A program made the position numbers and the translations under genes. The notes under the pieces are model-generated. The model had not been told where the DNA came from and did no database searches. It saw nothing but the letters and a program-made list of their open reading frames with translations. Below are positions 63,205-64,000 of a DNA stretch of 64,000 bases, one piece after another. This stretch comes from Oceanispirochaeta sp. (GTDB lineage: Bacteria > Spirochaetota > Spirochaetia > DSM-2461): positions 2,080,001-2,144,000 of the forward strand of contig CAXXOA010000001.1 of the NCBI GenBank assembly GCA_963666275.2, given 5' to 3'. The number at the start of each line of letters is the position of its first letter. Within the stretch, counting starts at the first letter, position 1.

Positions 63205-64000
63205 ATGAAAGCAGCAATACTGGGAACCACCGGCTATACCGGACAGATCCTTCTCAGACAACTGAGTCAGCATAAAGATATTGATGAACTGATCCCTGTA
63301 TCCTCCTCACGGGCCGGAGAGCCTGTCATGAATGAAGATGCGGGACTGCACCCTTCCATAACGGAAAAAATATCCTCCAGCGGAGGAAAACTCATAGATG
63401 TGGAAACCGCCGCAGGGATGAAACCCGATGTGGTATTTGCGGCCCTTCCCCATCTGGCTTCTGCGGAATTCTGTTCTCCCTTTTTCGGACAGTCCGTGGT
63501 CATAGATCTGTCCGCGGACTTCAGAATCAGTGATCCTGCACTTTTTGAAAAAGCCTACGGAGAAAAACCGCCCAGAGCTGATCTTCTGGATAAAGCCGTT
63601 TACGGACTGAGCGAATGGTATACCGAAAAGATCAGAAAGGCTGATATCATAGCCAATCCGGGCTGCTACCCCACAGCATCTCTGCTTCCTCTCCTTCCCC
63701 TGGCTGAAAAGGGTCTGCTCAAATCCGATCCTGTGATCGCCGCCATGTCGGGAATTTCCGGGGCAGGCAGAAAGGCCAGAATAGGCAACCTGCTTGTGGA
63801 AAGATCTGAAAACATCTGTGCCTATGCCCCCGGGACAAGCCACAGACACTCCTGGGAGATCTGGCAGGAACTTCACGGGGCCGATGAAAATCTGAACCTT
63901 GTATTCACTCCCCATCTTGTTCCCATGAAACGGGGTATGGCCATTACCACCACTGTTAAAGTGGACAGTTCTGTCAATGCGGAGACGCTCAAGGGCATAT
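63205..64000 (+). CDS. argC: N-acetyl-gamma-glutamyl-phosphate reductase, 3'-truncated (absent from ORF track)
   Basis: MKAAILGTTGYTG, DLSADFR, YGLSE, ANPGCYPT, SGISGAGR. Confidence 0.95.
   Translation, partial: MKAAILGTTGYTGQILLRQLSQHKDIDELIPVSSSRAGEPVMNEDAGLHPSITEKISSSGGKLIDVETAAGMKPDVVFAALPHLASAEFCSPFFGQSVVIDLSADFRISDPALFEKAYGEKPPRADLLDKAVYGLSEWYTEKIRKADIIANPGCYPTASLLPLLPLAEKGLLKSDPVIAAMSGISGAGRKARIGNLLVERSENICAYAPGTSHRHSWEIWQELHGADENLNLVFTPHLVPMKRGMAITTTVKVDSSVNAETLKGI

Noticed and set aside
63307..63915. 202-aa minus-strand ORF
   Set aside because: Antisense to argC, which the track missed because it runs off the window

Overview
A 64-kb window of mostly core chromosome from a spirochaete-like bacterium. 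The taxon is inferred from gene content (stand-alone groEL, ThrRS-like/uridine kinase fusion, PEGA/TPR envelope proteins) and was not database-checked. In order it holds: the end of an AmmeMemoRadiSam-type radical SAM gene; tRNA-Asn; a nucleoside kinase; clpC and a TPR protein; a long minus-strand operon (orphan Cas2-like gene, frameshifted prfB, CheY-like, PEGA, ftsY, hypothetical, lolC/D/E-like); a chemotaxis cluster with no transmembrane receptor; rlmKL; a giant barrel/Ig-repeat/OmpA protein; apbE; two HAMP-GAF-SpoIIE phosphatases; an nqrBCDEF-like operon lacking nqrA/rnfC with a divergent rseC; zwf, glnS, a hydroxyacid dehydrogenase, aspartokinase, valS, yajC-secD-secF, groEL, birA, argR-argC. 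No integrase, transposase or CRISPR array is visible. The best candidates for undescribed biology are: (1) an apparently leaderless stand-alone Cas2/VapD-like gene translationally coupled to RF2; (2) an Nqr/Rnf hybrid complex missing its output subunit but carrying a His/Cys-rich unknown gene; (3) a chemosensory system with MshEN-like motifs inside CheA and a soluble double-tip MCP-like protein; (4) an unassigned ~100-nt structured RNA; (5) nested REP-like tandem repeats.
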